A stretch of DNA of 63,634 nt, filler included, from Hausera hauseri (GCA_046269625.1; 12 parts of 12 records of this genome joined end to end with filler, not necessarily neighbours in it), one strand, 5' to 3'. Counted from the first letter of the whole stretch, positions 13,026-26,203 are shown. Program-made: numbers and translations. Notes: generated by a model from the letters alone, not told the origin.

Positions 13026-14063
13026 AATTTATTGAACAGACTTTTGAATGTTTTATTTTTGGTTATTTAATCGTTTTTAGTGATCTTATATCACTAGGCT
13101 TATTATTACATTATATTGATATATATAATTATATATAACATATAAGCTAATATATTTTTATACATTCATGTCTCCATTAAACACAAATTAATCTTCGACA
13201 AGTTCCTGTTGTAATAAGGAATTTCACAAATTTAATTTTTTATGTTGTTCATATGACGCCTAGTAATCGAATATAGTTCGTAAAGCTGGGCTTTTGAATA
13301 TTCTAACGTCATTTTGCGTATACTTTTGGTTTGCTGTCTTAACACCCTTTTTATCATTTAATACAATTGTGTTTGGCTTTTGCGTACAATTGAAGCTTGC
13401 TGTTTTATACATCCGTTGTTTAATTTTGTTCTCTGTTATATACAAATTTTCGGCGTTTAACAATTTTGAGTTCAATTTGCAAACGGGCTTTTGAATATTT
13501 CTCGTCATTTTTTATACAGTTGTTTTCGACACCTACCTTTCGTCATTTTGAATATGATGTCGCTATTATATGTATAGTTACAATTTGTCGTTTGGCTTTT
13601 GTTGTTTAGATATTTTCTCATGGAGTATATCTTTTATTCATCGAATTCTCTTGGTATTGTTGAGATTGAATGTGGGCACTATCAGATGTAAGATACGCCT
13701 CGCGTGATCTATTTGGGACGGATCGATTCACATTAAGTCGAACGCAACACTGTTCCCCTTCATCACCTTCCAGAAATCCATTTACCTCCCAAATCCCAAT
13801 GGAGTAACTACTTCATAATTTTGACTTTACTTATAGCGTTCTATTCGATTTCAACTCATTTCTGTATGGTATGACTTTTTATTGTCTTTAAAGGACGCAC
13901 GATATGTGACGAGTGAAACATGTACATCATAATTTGTGATCACTTTTAAGTTAGTACTTTCTCAATTCTGAGTAGCAACTGGACTATTTTGGTGGCTTCC
14001 TACTTGAATTCAGAATACCAAATTCGTCGCCATTTCCAATCGTTTTTGACAGCTTTCTTGTCG

Positions 14064-16835
14064 TCACGAGTTTTCAAATTTCTCTTTCTTTTCGTTGTCT
14101 TTGGTATCACGGTCGACATTCTTCATTGCAAAATGACTACAGCCTCGTTGGATTCGTTTATTTTTATGCGACGGTCGAAGTTGAGAGCTACTAATCGTAG
14201 ACGTTTGTACTTCTCCGTCTTCATCAGGACTAACAAGAGCCTGTGTTTGTGAATGCTTAATGTCGTACTGAGTCTTCGTCGATTTCAATGAAGTCGACTC
14301 TGTCTGCAAACCAATACTTTGTAAACCCGATGCATTTTGATATTGTTCAAGAATATAGTTCAAACCTCGGTTTTCGACGATTATTTCAAATAAACCATCC
14401 GTTCTAGAAACTTGGACCTCCTGTTCTTTAACAAATTTTAATTTGGTCATTCTCTGATATATTTCATAAATCTCTTTATCATCGAAACAAAATTCGAATT
14501 CCGTTTGGTTTCCTGACTCTCGTAAAGTCGTTCCGTTCCAGCTTTCAGTTCTTGAATTACACATTTTAGTTCGGAAATCGGTAGAGACAGACGAAAATGC
14601 AGATTCTTCCTTTCCATCTGCGAAATCATTCGAAAAATTGGGAAGAATTTCGTGTTTTGTTGTAACTACCGATCGCGATTTGACACATTCGAAAACGAAA
14701 TCTTCTTCGAAATTAGCTTCACTGCTTATTTCGTTGAATAGTTTGGAGTACGTTGAATGATAGTGCTTGGTACGTTCAATATTTGAATTTGGAGACAGAT
14801 TTGAAGTCGATATCAGAGGTTCGTAACTGGTGAACTGAACTCCGCGATCAGTCTGTTCTATAATCGTTTGAACTTCTTCGTTATATTGTTGTGGAGCATA
14901 TATCTGGGTGCCCATATTTACTTTCTCGACGAACTCAGCTGTCGAGGTTGTTTTATCCGTTTGTATCGATTTTAGTCCCGTATGTTGTCTACTGGGTGCT
15001 TCCAAAGAATCTTTCTCGATCAGATTTACGTTCTTTTGAGTCAGTGGTTCAATGGTATCTTCATTTACACTACCAAATTCGAGATTTTTCGCTGAATCAA
15101 CACCGTAACGTATCCAGTCCTTTTCTGTTAACTCCGTTTCGGTGAGTAAAGAAGCAAATAGTTTACTGTAATTAGATTCAATTATTTTTGGTGCCAAACT
15201 AATATCGATATCTTTTTCGTTAGATAAAAGGATCTTTTCATCACTTTCCTTTAATCTACCCGTTTTTTCAACTCCTGCAGACTCTGTGGATTTTAAGTCA
15301 ATAAACTTGGGTGCAAGACTAATTTCCATAGGCTCTTTTTCATCCACAACTAGAGTTAGCTGTTTCGTTTGGTTATCAGGAATCTCGCTAGAATTCACAC
15401 TGTCAAATTCAAACAATTTATTCGTCACGGTTTTATCGGGTTTATACCACGCATATCTGTCTATCAGTTTTGATTCAGGTTTCAAATTAGCACATGTTAA
15501 TTTATTACTAAATACTATTGCCTGTTTAACATTTTGCCGTACAAAAGTATGTACGTTACTGTCCTCTTTTTGAATTTCAAACACTTCATAGGTACCACGC
15601 TCGTGAACCCTCTCAGATGCTATATCTACTTGCTTGTTGAAGTAATTCAAAAACAAATGGGCTTCTTCTGCGGGTTTACACACCTTAGGAGATATCTGTA
15701 AAGATACCGAGTGGGACAACACTTCAAAGGTCTGTGTTTCTTGTTCTTTCCAACGTAGATCAGACTTTCCATGGTCTAGTAACATATTACATTGAGCGCC
15801 AAAATTCGACAGAGGTGGTGAAAAACTGAACTCAGTTGATATGAATTTTTTATCTTTATTCAAAAAACTACGATTGGTACCAATACCTGAATCAACAAAG
15901 GTACTAGAATCTCTAAACGAATCGCCATCACCATAGTCCGACATAAATCCTGGCAAATGAGATGCAGAACTTCCAATAACGAGATAATCCAAGGGGTCGA
16001 CTTCTTTACGAATGCTACTACCGGTGGGTTTTAAAACATATTGAATATCTTTATCAATAAGATCAGACGACAAATATTCATGGTCAGTTTTATTACGCAA
16101 ATTAATATTACCCACTGCGGTCAAAGTTGTTTGATTCAACTTACTTTCCATTGGAGTATGAGAATCACATCCGGTATCAACGTCATCACTAAGTCTTGTC
16201 AATCCGACTTGAATGTCCTTTGAAACTGAAGGACCCACAACCAAACGAAGATCTGACTGTACTTCGTTGTCTACGAATTCTTTTATATCGATATCAGGTG
16301 ATGCACGTTCTGCTTCTATGAATGAACTTCTTATTCTTTCATCAATTTCGAATGTCACATCCGTCTGGCATACCTTCTCTGAAATCATGTGACCCACTTG
16401 ACATAAAACATCCACATCTTTGAACAATTTCGATGAACCAACTTGCAATTTCTTTCCCTTTGCTTCTTTCTTTGTGTCCTCTAATTCATATTGAACATCT
16501 TCATCAACCAAACCAATCTGAATTGGCGCTAATTCTCTTTCACTTCTCAAAGGTTTTACAAATTCTTCTTCCACTTCTGTCTGACTGGAACTGCTTGTCA
16601 TTGATGTATCAGACCCGCAACCAACATCAACATCATCATTAAGTCTTGTCAATCCGACTTGAATGTCTTTTGAAACTGAAGGACCCACAACCAAACGAAG
16701 ATCTGACTGAACTTCGTTGTCTACGAATTCTTTTATATCGATATCAGGTGATGCACGCTCTGCTTCTATGAATGAACTTCTTATTCTTTCATCAATTTCG
16801 AATGTCACATCCGTCTGGCATACCTTCTCTGAAAT
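14064..16835 (-). CDS. Large intact exon of an acidic, S/T-rich, probably disordered repeat protein with many LC8-type TQT-like motifs
   Basis: 914-codon uninterrupted ORF that stays open to the contig end; recurring QT-type motifs (SQTE, CQTD, ETQT, IQTD, VQTI, NQTE, LQTE, VQTS). Confidence 0.85.
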   Translation of the reverse strand: MSEKVCQTDVTFEIDERIRSSFIEAERASPDIDIKEFVDNEVQSDLRLVVGPSVSKDIQVGLTRLNDDVDVGCGSDTSMTSSSSQTEVEEEFVKPLRSERELAPIQIGLVDEDVQYELEDTKKEAKGKKLQVGSSKLFKDVDVLCQVGHMISEKVCQTDVTFEIDERIRSSFIEAERASPDIDIKEFVDNEVQSDLRLVVGPSVSKDIQVGLTRLSDDVDTGCDSHTPMESKLNQTTLTAVGNINLRNKTDHEYLSSDLIDKDIQYVLKPTGSSIRKEVDPLDYLVIGSSASHLPGFMSDYGDGDSFRDSSTFVDSGIGTNRSFLNKDKKFISTEFSFSPPLSNFGAQCNMLLDHGKSDLRWKEQETQTFEVLSHSVSLQISPKVCKPAEEAHLFLNYFNKQVDIASERVHERGTYEVFEIQKEDSNVHTFVRQNVKQAIVFSNKLTCANLKPESKLIDRYAWYKPDKTVTNKLFEFDSVNSSEIPDNQTKQLTLVVDEKEPMEISLAPKFIDLKSTESAGVEKTGRLKESDEKILLSNEKDIDISLAPKIIESNYSKLFASLLTETELTEKDWIRYGVDSAKNLEFGSVNEDTIEPLTQKNVNLIEKDSLEAPSRQHTGLKSIQTDKTTSTAEFVEKVNMGTQIYAPQQYNEEVQTIIEQTDRGVQFTSYEPLISTSNLSPNSNIERTKHYHSTYSKLFNEISSEANFEEDFVFECVKSRSVVTTKHEILPNFSNDFADGKEESAFSSVSTDFRTKMCNSRTESWNGTTLRESGNQTEFEFCFDDKEIYEIYQRMTKLKFVKEQEVQVSRTDGLFEIIVENRGLNYILEQYQNASGLQSIGLQTESTSLKSTKTQYDIKHSQTQALVSPDEDGEVQTSTISSSQLRPSHKNKRIQRGCSHFAMKNVDRDTKDNEKKEKFENS
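16191..16835 (-). repeat. 450-bp (150-aa) period coding repeat
   Basis: 16191-16385 is nearly identical to 16641-16835; the contig ends inside the repeat. Confidence 0.95.
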
Positions 16836-16989
16836 NNNNNNNNNNNNNNNNNNNNNNNNNNNNNNNNNNNNNNNNNNNNTTAATTAATTAANNNNNNNNN
16901 NNNNNNNNNNNNNNNNNNNNNNNNNNNNNNNNNNNTAAATGTTATATCAAACAAAGTACTTATTGTTTTTTACGAGAGAGTAAATTATA

Positions 16990-17284
16990 TATAGAAGAGA
17001 GAATAAATGGTGCAAATAAATGTCTAGACAATGTAAAGTGCGAATAAATGTTATAAATAAAAATGTCTAGACAATGTCACGTGAGAATAAATGTTAGTCT
17101 AAACAGTGTCACGTGAGAATAAATTTCAGTCTAGACGAAGTCATGTGAAAATAACTGTTATAAATAAAAAATGTCTGGACAATATCATGTGACTTTCTAC
17201 ACGCATCGCGTGACCAATCACGTGATGCGTGGGTGGACCCCCCTCCACTCCTTTGTCCCAGAATCCCCCTTTTCCCCCTACTAC
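16990..17284 (-). repeat. Putative Polinton-type terminus with subterminal short tandem repeats
   Basis: Minus strand starts GTAGTAGGGGGAAAAGGGGGATTCT, similar to 18791-18813; hairpin at 17200-17231; repeated AATGTCTAGACAATGT/CACGTGAGAATAAAT units. Confidence 0.45.
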
Positions 17285-17713
17285 ATATATTTCACAAAAG
17301 TGATTGTAATGTAAGGCACAATAAGCAGTAATGTCCACATAGTATAGTCATTTGATGTTTACAATGGACTCAATTATATTCAACACGGTATGATGATGAT
17401 AATTGCCGTTCAATTTTAAAAACTATCGATGACGGATAGTAAAATCCCAGCGGATCGAATACTCTGACGACGTTGGTCGGATGCACATACACAACAATCC
17501 AATGTTCGCCCGGCAACGATGAGGTTTGTGTATTGACAATAAAGCCCCGTCGCCACCAGTTTGTCGTATATCATGCGGCACGCAGTCTAGTTGAAACACG
17601 CTGCGAAATTTCACGCCCAAGAGCAGTTTTCCATAGTGGCTGAGCTCGGTGGAGCTAAATGTGAAAAATGTGATTTAAGTAGAGAATAAAAGGTGAGTCA
17701 CAGCAAATTTTAT

Positions 17714-18790
17714 CTATACAATGACAGTTCCATTTTTTGTTATTTCAACCTCGGCATCAAATATACCGTAAATGTACATCACGGTAAATTGCTCCAACGC
17801 TTTAACAAGAGGAACCGTCAGTCGTAGGCTTCCCTGATGAGGTAGTTGAGCCTGCTCAACGTCATAGTCTGGAGTCAGGACAAAGGTGAAGAATGAATAG
17901 GTGGACTTGAACAAATCCATCGATATGCCATTGTTGACATTTCTGTTCAGCAAACCCATGTTGCGCACGATAGATTGCATATATGTACAACCGTAATCAA
18001 TAGACTCAAAGTCTTGTTTGTACGTTAGAACGAAATCCGCATTCCGACCCAAACTGATGTAATTCACATTGCTATAGGTAAACGTTTCCGAATCGGTCGT
18101 ATAACTGCCTATTTGTTGAGCAGTCGTTCGAAATGTAACGATCACAAATTTTGGCAATCGCATGTCGCCAAACAGTGCATCTTTGTCAAACGTAGTTGAA
18201 CCTTAGGGTATGGTGTAAAAGACAAGTTCTGTGCTTTGCAATGGGTAACAGGCATTTTGCGTTTCCAAGCCCAATGGACATCCCATGAGCACCAGTGGTT
18301 CTACCTTTACACGACGTACTAATAATCGTGTCTCAATAATTTCCACTATGAGATTGAGATTTTCAACGGTGGTTTTGAAACAAAAGACATTGTCACTGCA
18401 TTTGAGCCAAATCATGGCTTTAACACTGGGTAGTAGGTATTTAGGATGATCGAAAAAGTCAAAGTACAGCAGTTCACATATGGTAAATGCTTTTGATTCT
18501 GTCACCCATACCTGACGTTTTGCCTCTGTGGCATCGAATCCGATGGTGTTCGTCAAATGATTCGTTTTCGTGTCTGCGCTGTAATTCGAGCTGTATAGGC
18601 TGGCGTTGCCTTCGATTTTGATGCTGTTTAGAGTCCGTGAAGCCTCCTGGAACAGTGTGAGGTAAAGGTAATTGGCCGGTGCGACAGTGTCTGTTGCAGC
18701 GAGAACCGTTGATACATCCTTTTTAACAATGACTTTTACATAGAGTAGCATATCGTTCAAATCCAGGTATTCATTATCCGACGCTATAAT
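17714..18790 (-). pseudogene. Polinton/Maverick major capsid protein (double jelly-roll, F54H12.2-like), 5'-truncated
   Basis: EYLDLNDMLLYVKV, VAPANY..TLF, DFFDHPKYLLPSV, LLVRRVKV, YPLQ, LPKFVIV, FFTFVLTPD, GSLRL; one in-frame stop at 18203-18205. Confidence 0.85.
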
Positions 18791-19010
18791 AATAGGGGAG
18801 AAATGGGGATTCTAACCCACTCCCGGGGGTGTGCGCGTCGATAAATCGATAGTGCTAATCGATAATGCACACTGTGCACTATCGATCTATAGTGTGCAAG
18901 GCGACGGTGCCGCTAGGTACCGTTGCTAAGCACATTTTTGCACATTTGACAAATCGATCGCTGTATAGTGGAGCATTTATCGAATCTATTGGGACAAAGT
19001 GCTAAACTCG
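18788..19010 (+). repeat. Polinton-associated terminal/ATCGAT-rich repeat, homologous to 50119-50320
   Basis: Shares CTAAGCACATTTTTGCACATTTGACAAATCGATCGCTG and flanks with the contig-9 copy. Confidence 0.75.
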
Positions 19011-19019
19011 TACGGGATC

Positions 19020-21398
19020 AAAAACATGCAGCAAATTGAATTTGGCTATATAATGATTTGAAGCACAACCATGACTTCCAATGTGTCACATTTCCTCCAT
19101 CCTTAGATGAAATTAAGAAGTTCAGCCAAATTAACAACATATCCATCAACATCATTGTATTGGATGAGGAGGACAAATTCTATCCCCTGCAGATATATGA
19201 CACTGAATTGGAAGATCATAGGGATCTGCTCCTACTAGACGATGGATAAAAGAAACATTATGCTTGGATCAAGAATTTTGAGCGTCTAGTCAGATCCCAA
19301 ATTACGAAACATAAGGAAAGTATAGAAATATGTAAGCGCTACCTGTTTCATTTCAGTGGCGATACAGCAGTGGTCAAGCTTGCAGAGCACAAAATGTACC
19401 TCAACAACAATTACTGTGTAAGACTAGAATTTCCCAAGGAGGACTATATTGAATTCACATAGTTCGAGAAGAAGATCAAGGTCCCAATAATTATCTATTG
19501 CGACTTTGAAGCAATTCTCCGGCCAATTCACAGCTGCACTCGCAGTCCTCAACATAGCAGCACAACGGCATACCAATATCACGAACTCTCATCGTATTGC
19601 ATATATGCCAAAGGACTGGACAGTGAACAATTTCTATTCAGAGGTCCAGGTGCAGCAGCACATTTCATGAAACGACTTGAAGATATGGCTCATAAGCTTG
19701 AAAACATGCTTCAGCAGCATAAGGATACAATGACTGTCGTGAAAACAAGCTGAAGAATGGCACAGGGCAACAACATGTTACATGTGCTCCAAATCATTCA
19801 CCAAGGAAAATCATAAAATCAAGGATCATTGCCATTTTACAGGCACATATCGAGGAGCAGCATGCAGCAACTGAAACTTACGCTCCAAAACATGCACATA
19901 TGTGCCCGTAGTGTTTTACAACCTTAGTGGTTATGATTCCCACTTCATTGTTCAGGAACTGGACAACATTGAAGGAAACATTGATGTCATTCCAAATAGT
20001 GAGGAAAATTACATTACTTTCACGAAGCATGTGGGATGCATTAGACTTCGATTTATAGACAGCATCCGCTTCATGAACTCGTCACTGGATAGTTTAGTGA
20101 AGAACATTCCTGAAGAAGAACTTAAGGAGACGAAGCGGTTCGTCCCCACTAACTTTGACCTAGTCAATTAAAAAGGAGTGTGGCCCTAAGACTACATAAC
20201 ATCATGGGAAACATTGAATGAGACATAATTACCACCCAAGGATGGCTTTTATAGACAGCTATCGGACTATCATATCAGTAATGAGGAGTACCAGCATGCT
20301 CAGAATATCTGACAGGCATTTCAATGCCGGACAATAGGGAATACAGCGACATATACCTCAAGACGGACGTGCTGCTGCTCACAGATGTCTTTCAGAGCTT
20401 CAGGGATTTAACAATAAAGAGCTATGCTTTGGATCCGACTCATTTCTTTACGGCTCCAGAGATGAGTTGGGCAGCAATGCTGAGATATACCGGCATAAGG
20501 CTGCAGATCATTTAGGATTATGATATGATGCTTATGATCGACAGAGACATTAGAGGCGGAATATGCCAGGCCATTCACCAGTATAGCGAGGCCAACAACA
20601 AGTATATGGCCCAGTATGACTCATCCAAGGAATCCTCATATATATCACACCTGGATGCCAGCAACTTTATGGATATGCAATGAGCGCCCCATTGCCGTAT
20701 GATAACTTCAAATGAGTCAAGAATCCTGAAGACATCCCTATATTGAACCCGGATTCCGCTGGAGATCCGGGCTACATACTGGAGGTGGATATGGAATATC
20801 CTGCTTCCATCCACGCAAGGCATCAACAGCTGCCTTTTCTCCATGAGAGCAGGCCTCCGCTCCATGCAAAGCATAGAAAGCTGCTCTGTCATCTGGGTAA
20901 TAGGGAGAGGTATGTAGTCCATTACATGAATCTCCAGCAAGCTGTTAGACATTGACTTATTATTACCAAGATCCATAGAGCCCTGCAGTTCAGCTAGTCC
21001 ATGTGGCTGCAGTCATACATAGATCTTAATGCGAAGCTGCGAACAAATGCCAAGAACAACTTTGAGAAAAACCAGTTCAAGCTTTACCACAACTCGGTCT
21101 TTGGCAAGATGATGGAAAATATCCGCAATAAGATCAACATTGAGCTAGTATGTGACTGGAAGCGAGCAAAGAAGCTTATTGGCAAGCCTAACTTCCACAG
21201 CAGCACCATATATACTGAGAACTTGGTAGGCATCCATATGCTGAAAACAGCGTTGGTATTCAACAAGCCCATATATGTGGGTATGGAAATCCTCAACCTG
21301 TCAAAGACCCTAATGTGCAGATTCCATTACGATATAATGGTCCCCAAGTTCAAGTCCATGCAGCTGATGTATATGGATACTGATAGTTTCATCTATCA
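19020..21398 (+). pseudogene. Protein-primed family B DNA polymerase of a Polinton/Maverick
   Basis: HYAWIKNFERL, IYCDFEAIL (ExoI), KDHCHFTGTYRGAAC, YNLSGYDSHFI (ExoII), YLKTDVLLLTDVF, IRGG, LDASN, KLYHNSVFGK, YMDTDS. Many stops. Confidence 0.93.
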
Positions 21399-21989
21399 NN
21401 NNNNNNNNNNNNNNNNNNNNNNNNNNNNNNNNNNNNNNNNNNTTAATTAATTAANNNNNNNNNNNNNNNNNNNNNNNNNNNNNNNNNNNNNNNNNNNNAC
21501 AGAAATGGTGGAGATACCCATTAGGGGGTTTAACAAAGTCAAAAACAAGAAGACGTTTACATATGTACAAGGATTCATTACTTACACAAAATATTCACAT
21601 TGTTATAGTCAGATTTATTTGTACTGAACAATTTCGGATCACAAAAATGTTATTGTTAATGTTACTGCTTATTGAATCACGAATAGATGTCAGTACGTAT
21701 CATTTTTGATTCGGTTCGATTTCTCTGAATTTGGATTGAATTATTATTCCATTTTGTGGTTGGTTTATTTTTATTTAATTTGATTCGAATCAATTTAGAA
21801 ACCCTAACAGCAGCATAGTAGCACACATGGCCGTAAATACAAGATCTGAAAGTTACGTCTATCTGAATCATGACACAATACGTGGACAAAGAATGAAGCT
21901 AAGAGCACAAAAGTTTGCATATTTAAAGCACGAGTTTGTATGTGATGAACGCTAGTTGTTCATTGAGATAGTAAATTAATACTAGATCT

Positions 21990-23069
21990 GAAGGGCAAAG
22001 AACAGACTGACCGACTTCCGGCAATCGTTTCAGGAAAAGGAGTTTCCAAATAGCTTAACGTTGCCAGGCTACTGGCATGAACAGGTGAGTCTCAAGCTGA
22101 AGCTGTGTGTAAAGCAGTAAAGGACTGGGGTAACAGTGATAAAATTCGAGCAATGTCTCTTAATACTTTAAGCTCTAATACCGGCAGAATTTCTGGTGCT
22201 TGCATAATGTTAGAACAAAAGCTTGGTAGAGAATTCCCATCACTGGCATCCAGGCACCGTATTATGGAACTCATTGTTAGTGCCGCACTTGAAGTCTGCT
22301 TTGGTACTGCTACATCACCTCCAGAAATTCCCCTTGTCAAGCACTTCAAAAAATACTGGAGGTCTATTGATGTCAAAAACTACGAAACAGGAATGGAAAA
22401 TGTTGAAGTTTCCAATAATATGAAGTATGCCCGAAAAAGAGCATTATCGATTTCTCAAACAAGCATTTAGAAGGTTATCAGCCAAGAGATGATTACAGAG
22501 AAGCTTTAGAACTGGCTATTCTCTTTCCTATGGCAGTTCCAGTGAGGTGCGTACGATTTATTGAGCCTGGAGCGATGTCAGAATTCATATACAGCTTCAT
22601 GATCTGGACGTTTCGAAAGCAGTTTATTTTGACACCAAGACAAAAATATGTAGGAATTGCATTTTCTCAATATACATATTTACTTCCGAACATGGATAAC
22701 TGCTACTGACCCTGCTGGGCTCCTAGTAATGACTTCTGGTTGTTAAAGTCACTTACACAATGCACTGGTATCCATCATACAATATCAAAAGCTACTTCAA
22801 ACGCGTTCTACAATCATTTGTAGTATATTTCGCCAGAATTAGTTGGCTTGGAATTTTTGATTGCCATATCAGTACATCAACAAAGAGACTAATGATAAAT
22901 GCCCTCACTATCAGCATAGATGATGGCACTGCTGGTCACACAAAGCGGATCACAGTTGATTTGCAATCCTTTCAGATAAAGAATCTAGAAAATTTCTTTT
23001 CACACTTTTATGGGGTCAGACCAATATAATTGGGGAAAAAAATTCTCAATCACTTAAGCTCCACCCTAA
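21990..23069 (+). mobile_element. hAT-superfamily (hATm-like) transposase remnant with right terminus
   Basis: SNTGRISGACIMLEQKLGR..LASRHRIMEL, PEIPLVKHFKKYW, QPRDDYRE; terminus CCACCCTAA at 23061-23069. Confidence 0.75.
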
Positions 23070-23149
23070 TCTACATTCAGTTTCGTTTTAAGATACATTT
23101 CAGATACAAACAATTTCGGCGCGGATTTTCTGTCAAGGTCGGTTGGCTC

Positions 23150-24620
23150 GATTACAGTTGAGGCGATTTTCGCATCCGAAATCTTAAAGGCCAATCAATC
23201 ATCTACTGACATTCTTAGTTCCTTCAAATCCTTTTGGATTATTGATGGAATTGCATATGATGCGTCGACTTCCGTTAATAAAACGATCATTTGCACTCCA
23301 CCTTTACAAAAGCCAGTTTCCTTCATACGTATTCAGTCCATCAGCCGGATTCGAAAGCAACTTTTTGCTTTCTTCAGCGCCCTATAGTTTGGACATCATT
23401 GCGCAAAGATGTACGGAACTGGGTTAAGGAATGTGTAGCCTGTCAAAAATACGAAGTAAACAAACAACTTAAACCGCAGCTTTACCATGTCCCCTGTACA
23501 TCACGTTTTCATACCGTTCATCTTGATATAGTTGACCCATTACCTTCTCATAACGGGTATCAACAAATTCTTACTATGATGTATCGTGCTTCTCGCTGTT
23601 TTGAAACCGTTCCTTTCTGTTCCACAAACATGATTCAGTAGCCGGTGCTTTCATTAAAATTGGGATCAGTCGCTTTGTTTCTCACGGTATATCATAACGG
23701 ACCAAGGTCCACATTTCGAATCAGAATTCTTCAAGTCACTTGCTAAACCAATGGGGATATCTCATCTCCATACAACACCGTACCAACCCTAAGCAAATGG
23801 CCTCCTTGAAAGAAACAACGAAAATTTCTTTAAAAATCTTGGTAATTGGACGTCCATCTTACCATTTGTTCTACTCGGGTGCGTAACACATTCAAAAACC
23901 CCTACGGGTTATTCTCCGGCCGAGGCACTTTTTGGAACTCAAATACGGGCTCTTTTTGAACTTTCGGACCTCGACGACAATCTGATAAACGAAATCTTTC
24001 GCGTAGCACAGTGTCACTTCGTTCAGGTCAGCTCAGACTCGCTATGTCGTCAACTTAGCAATCACAAATCGTGCATTCCGAATGATTTGTACTCCGCAAA
24101 GTTTGCATGCTTGAAGGATCAATCGCCTTCGCGTTTTTGACCTCAGTTTTTGGCCCATACAAACGTCTTTATCTCTTATCTCATACAGCCACCATCTTAC
24201 TCCAAGACAAACCTTACAACGTCCAAATTTCGAATCTTACTCTGGATTCTTTAATCCCGGATGCCAATTCTTCTTCCTATTCGAATTCAACTCTTACTCC
24301 TTCCATTCCGTCCTGAAACATTCTCCATCACGTTGCTCCGTTGCAGCATTCACTTTTCTCTCACACTCAATCATCCTCATTTCTTCCATCGCTTACTTTA
24401 CCTACAATGCCTAATGTCGCTCAACGATCAAGCACAAAGCAATCAAATAAGGCAGACAGAGTGATATTTAGTACGTATAGTAGGAAAAAACTCATAAACG
24501 ACATGCAACGTCTGATACATACTAAGACCAAATAGGCATTAAACATTGTTCCTTTTGTTGAGACTATTTTTTTCCTTTTCTTCAAACTTACATAGTTTCT
24601 ATTTTGCAACGGTGAGTGCC
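23150..24620 (+). mobile_element. CsRn1-like Gypsy integrase/3' end, copy B
   Basis: Colinear and highly similar to 6580-8150 (RKDVRNWVKECVACQK, RFHTVHLDIV, TDQGPHFES); more decayed. Confidence 0.9.
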
Positions 24621-25789
24621 AATAGTATCGGCGCCATCAAAATTTTAATTTGGCGCTCAGAATCGTTAGGCCGGCGTGTTCTTCCATCTTGGTTTTGATT
24701 TCGTAATTCTTGCTCGTGTAACAGTCGGAAGTCACTCCCTGAGAATCAATTAAACTGAGAATTTATGCTCTAGTTCGCCAACTTTAAAATCCGATTTTGA
24801 TGCCGTAAAATTTTCGATTACAATGCTAGAAGCTCCTAATCATAATTATAAATGAATTTACTTTGCTGCTGAAAATTTACAAAGAAATATGTTCATGTTT
24901 CCAAAAAATCATGGAAAATACTGTGAGTAGTAAGATGGTAACAAAAGTGATAAGATGTTCATTAATGAAACTTAAATTCAGGAACCACCTAGGTCTCAAC
25001 ATCATGGTGTTTCAATGAATACAGTTAGACAATCTGTGCTTGGGGACATCGCATTCTGGAATCTGGCTTTGTGTACGTGGATGGATTAGGTTTTTTCTCA
25101 CTGATACCTCATTGATTTAATTTTTTTAATTCCAACCGTAATTCTCATACGGTTTTACTTGATATGTTAACTTTTACATGGTTCAAGCATAAATGAACTG
25201 TATTATTTACGTAATATTTTATATTGACTATGCACTTTATGGCAAAATGTTCAACAATTTTCATAATAGTAAGTGGATGTTTTAATATAGTCAACCTGGT
25301 TGTTTATTGTTAATTATACACCGTGTATGCATGTGTCCGATAGATTGTAAATATCTTTCAAAGACTTCATTCTATGGTCTGTAGAAATTTTAATATAATT
25401 CCTTCTTAGTCTTAAAAAATAATTGGTATGTTTAATTACATTTGCACAGTCATTTTATCCGACATAGTTGTGTTTAAAAAATTTATTGTGAATTACACAA
25501 TTTGTTTAAATTTATTGATGTAAAAAAAACGTTGTAAAACTATGGAATGAAACGGTTTCTGGAATACATAGAAGTTATCGATCTGTTTCATTAAAACAAA
25601 ATCTTTGGCTAAATCTCGTTTGTTCTGAATTTCTTAAGTTTAAAATGGCACGATTAATGTCGGGTTTACTGCCGAAGAAACTAAGATATTTCCACTTGGT
25701 GTCGGATATCTTGATCTACCTAGATCAAGTCCGACATCCACAAACGTTGGTTTCTTGCGAGATAATATTTTTTATTATTATTTTAAAGT

Positions 25790-26203
25790 AGTGACAATGA
25801 AATGTCTTATGGGACTACACGCACGGATGTATGTGAACATCATTGCCTCATCTGTTTCGTATATTGGGGAAAAATGAAACAATCCTGTCCGGTGTGCAGA
25901 AACGAGAATAAAAGGTGTCAGTTTTCAATAGCAACGGAAAATTCTTATCAATTTTCCTCATACCGGAATTGAAAAAACATTGGCGATAACACATGCACAT
26001 TATGCATGAATGAATCGAATTCATTTGCCGTGCGCCTGGTTAGATGTTATGAATTTCACCATACCTGTGTAAACTGCATTGTTGATTTGGGACAGAATGA
26101 ATGCCCGAAATTCAGCTCAGCCAGTGACAATATTTTGATACATAATGCTGACCGAAAATCAGTCTCAGTTTCCAAAATTCGCAACTTGAAGAAAACGGGA
26201 TAG
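25790..26203 (+). pseudogene. Two tandem RING-finger domains (E3 ligase-like), degenerate
   Basis: DVCEHHCLICFVYWGKMKQSCPVCR (~25827-25900) and TCTLCMNE..RCYEFHHTCVNCIV..ECPKF (~25991-26115). Confidence 0.65.
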
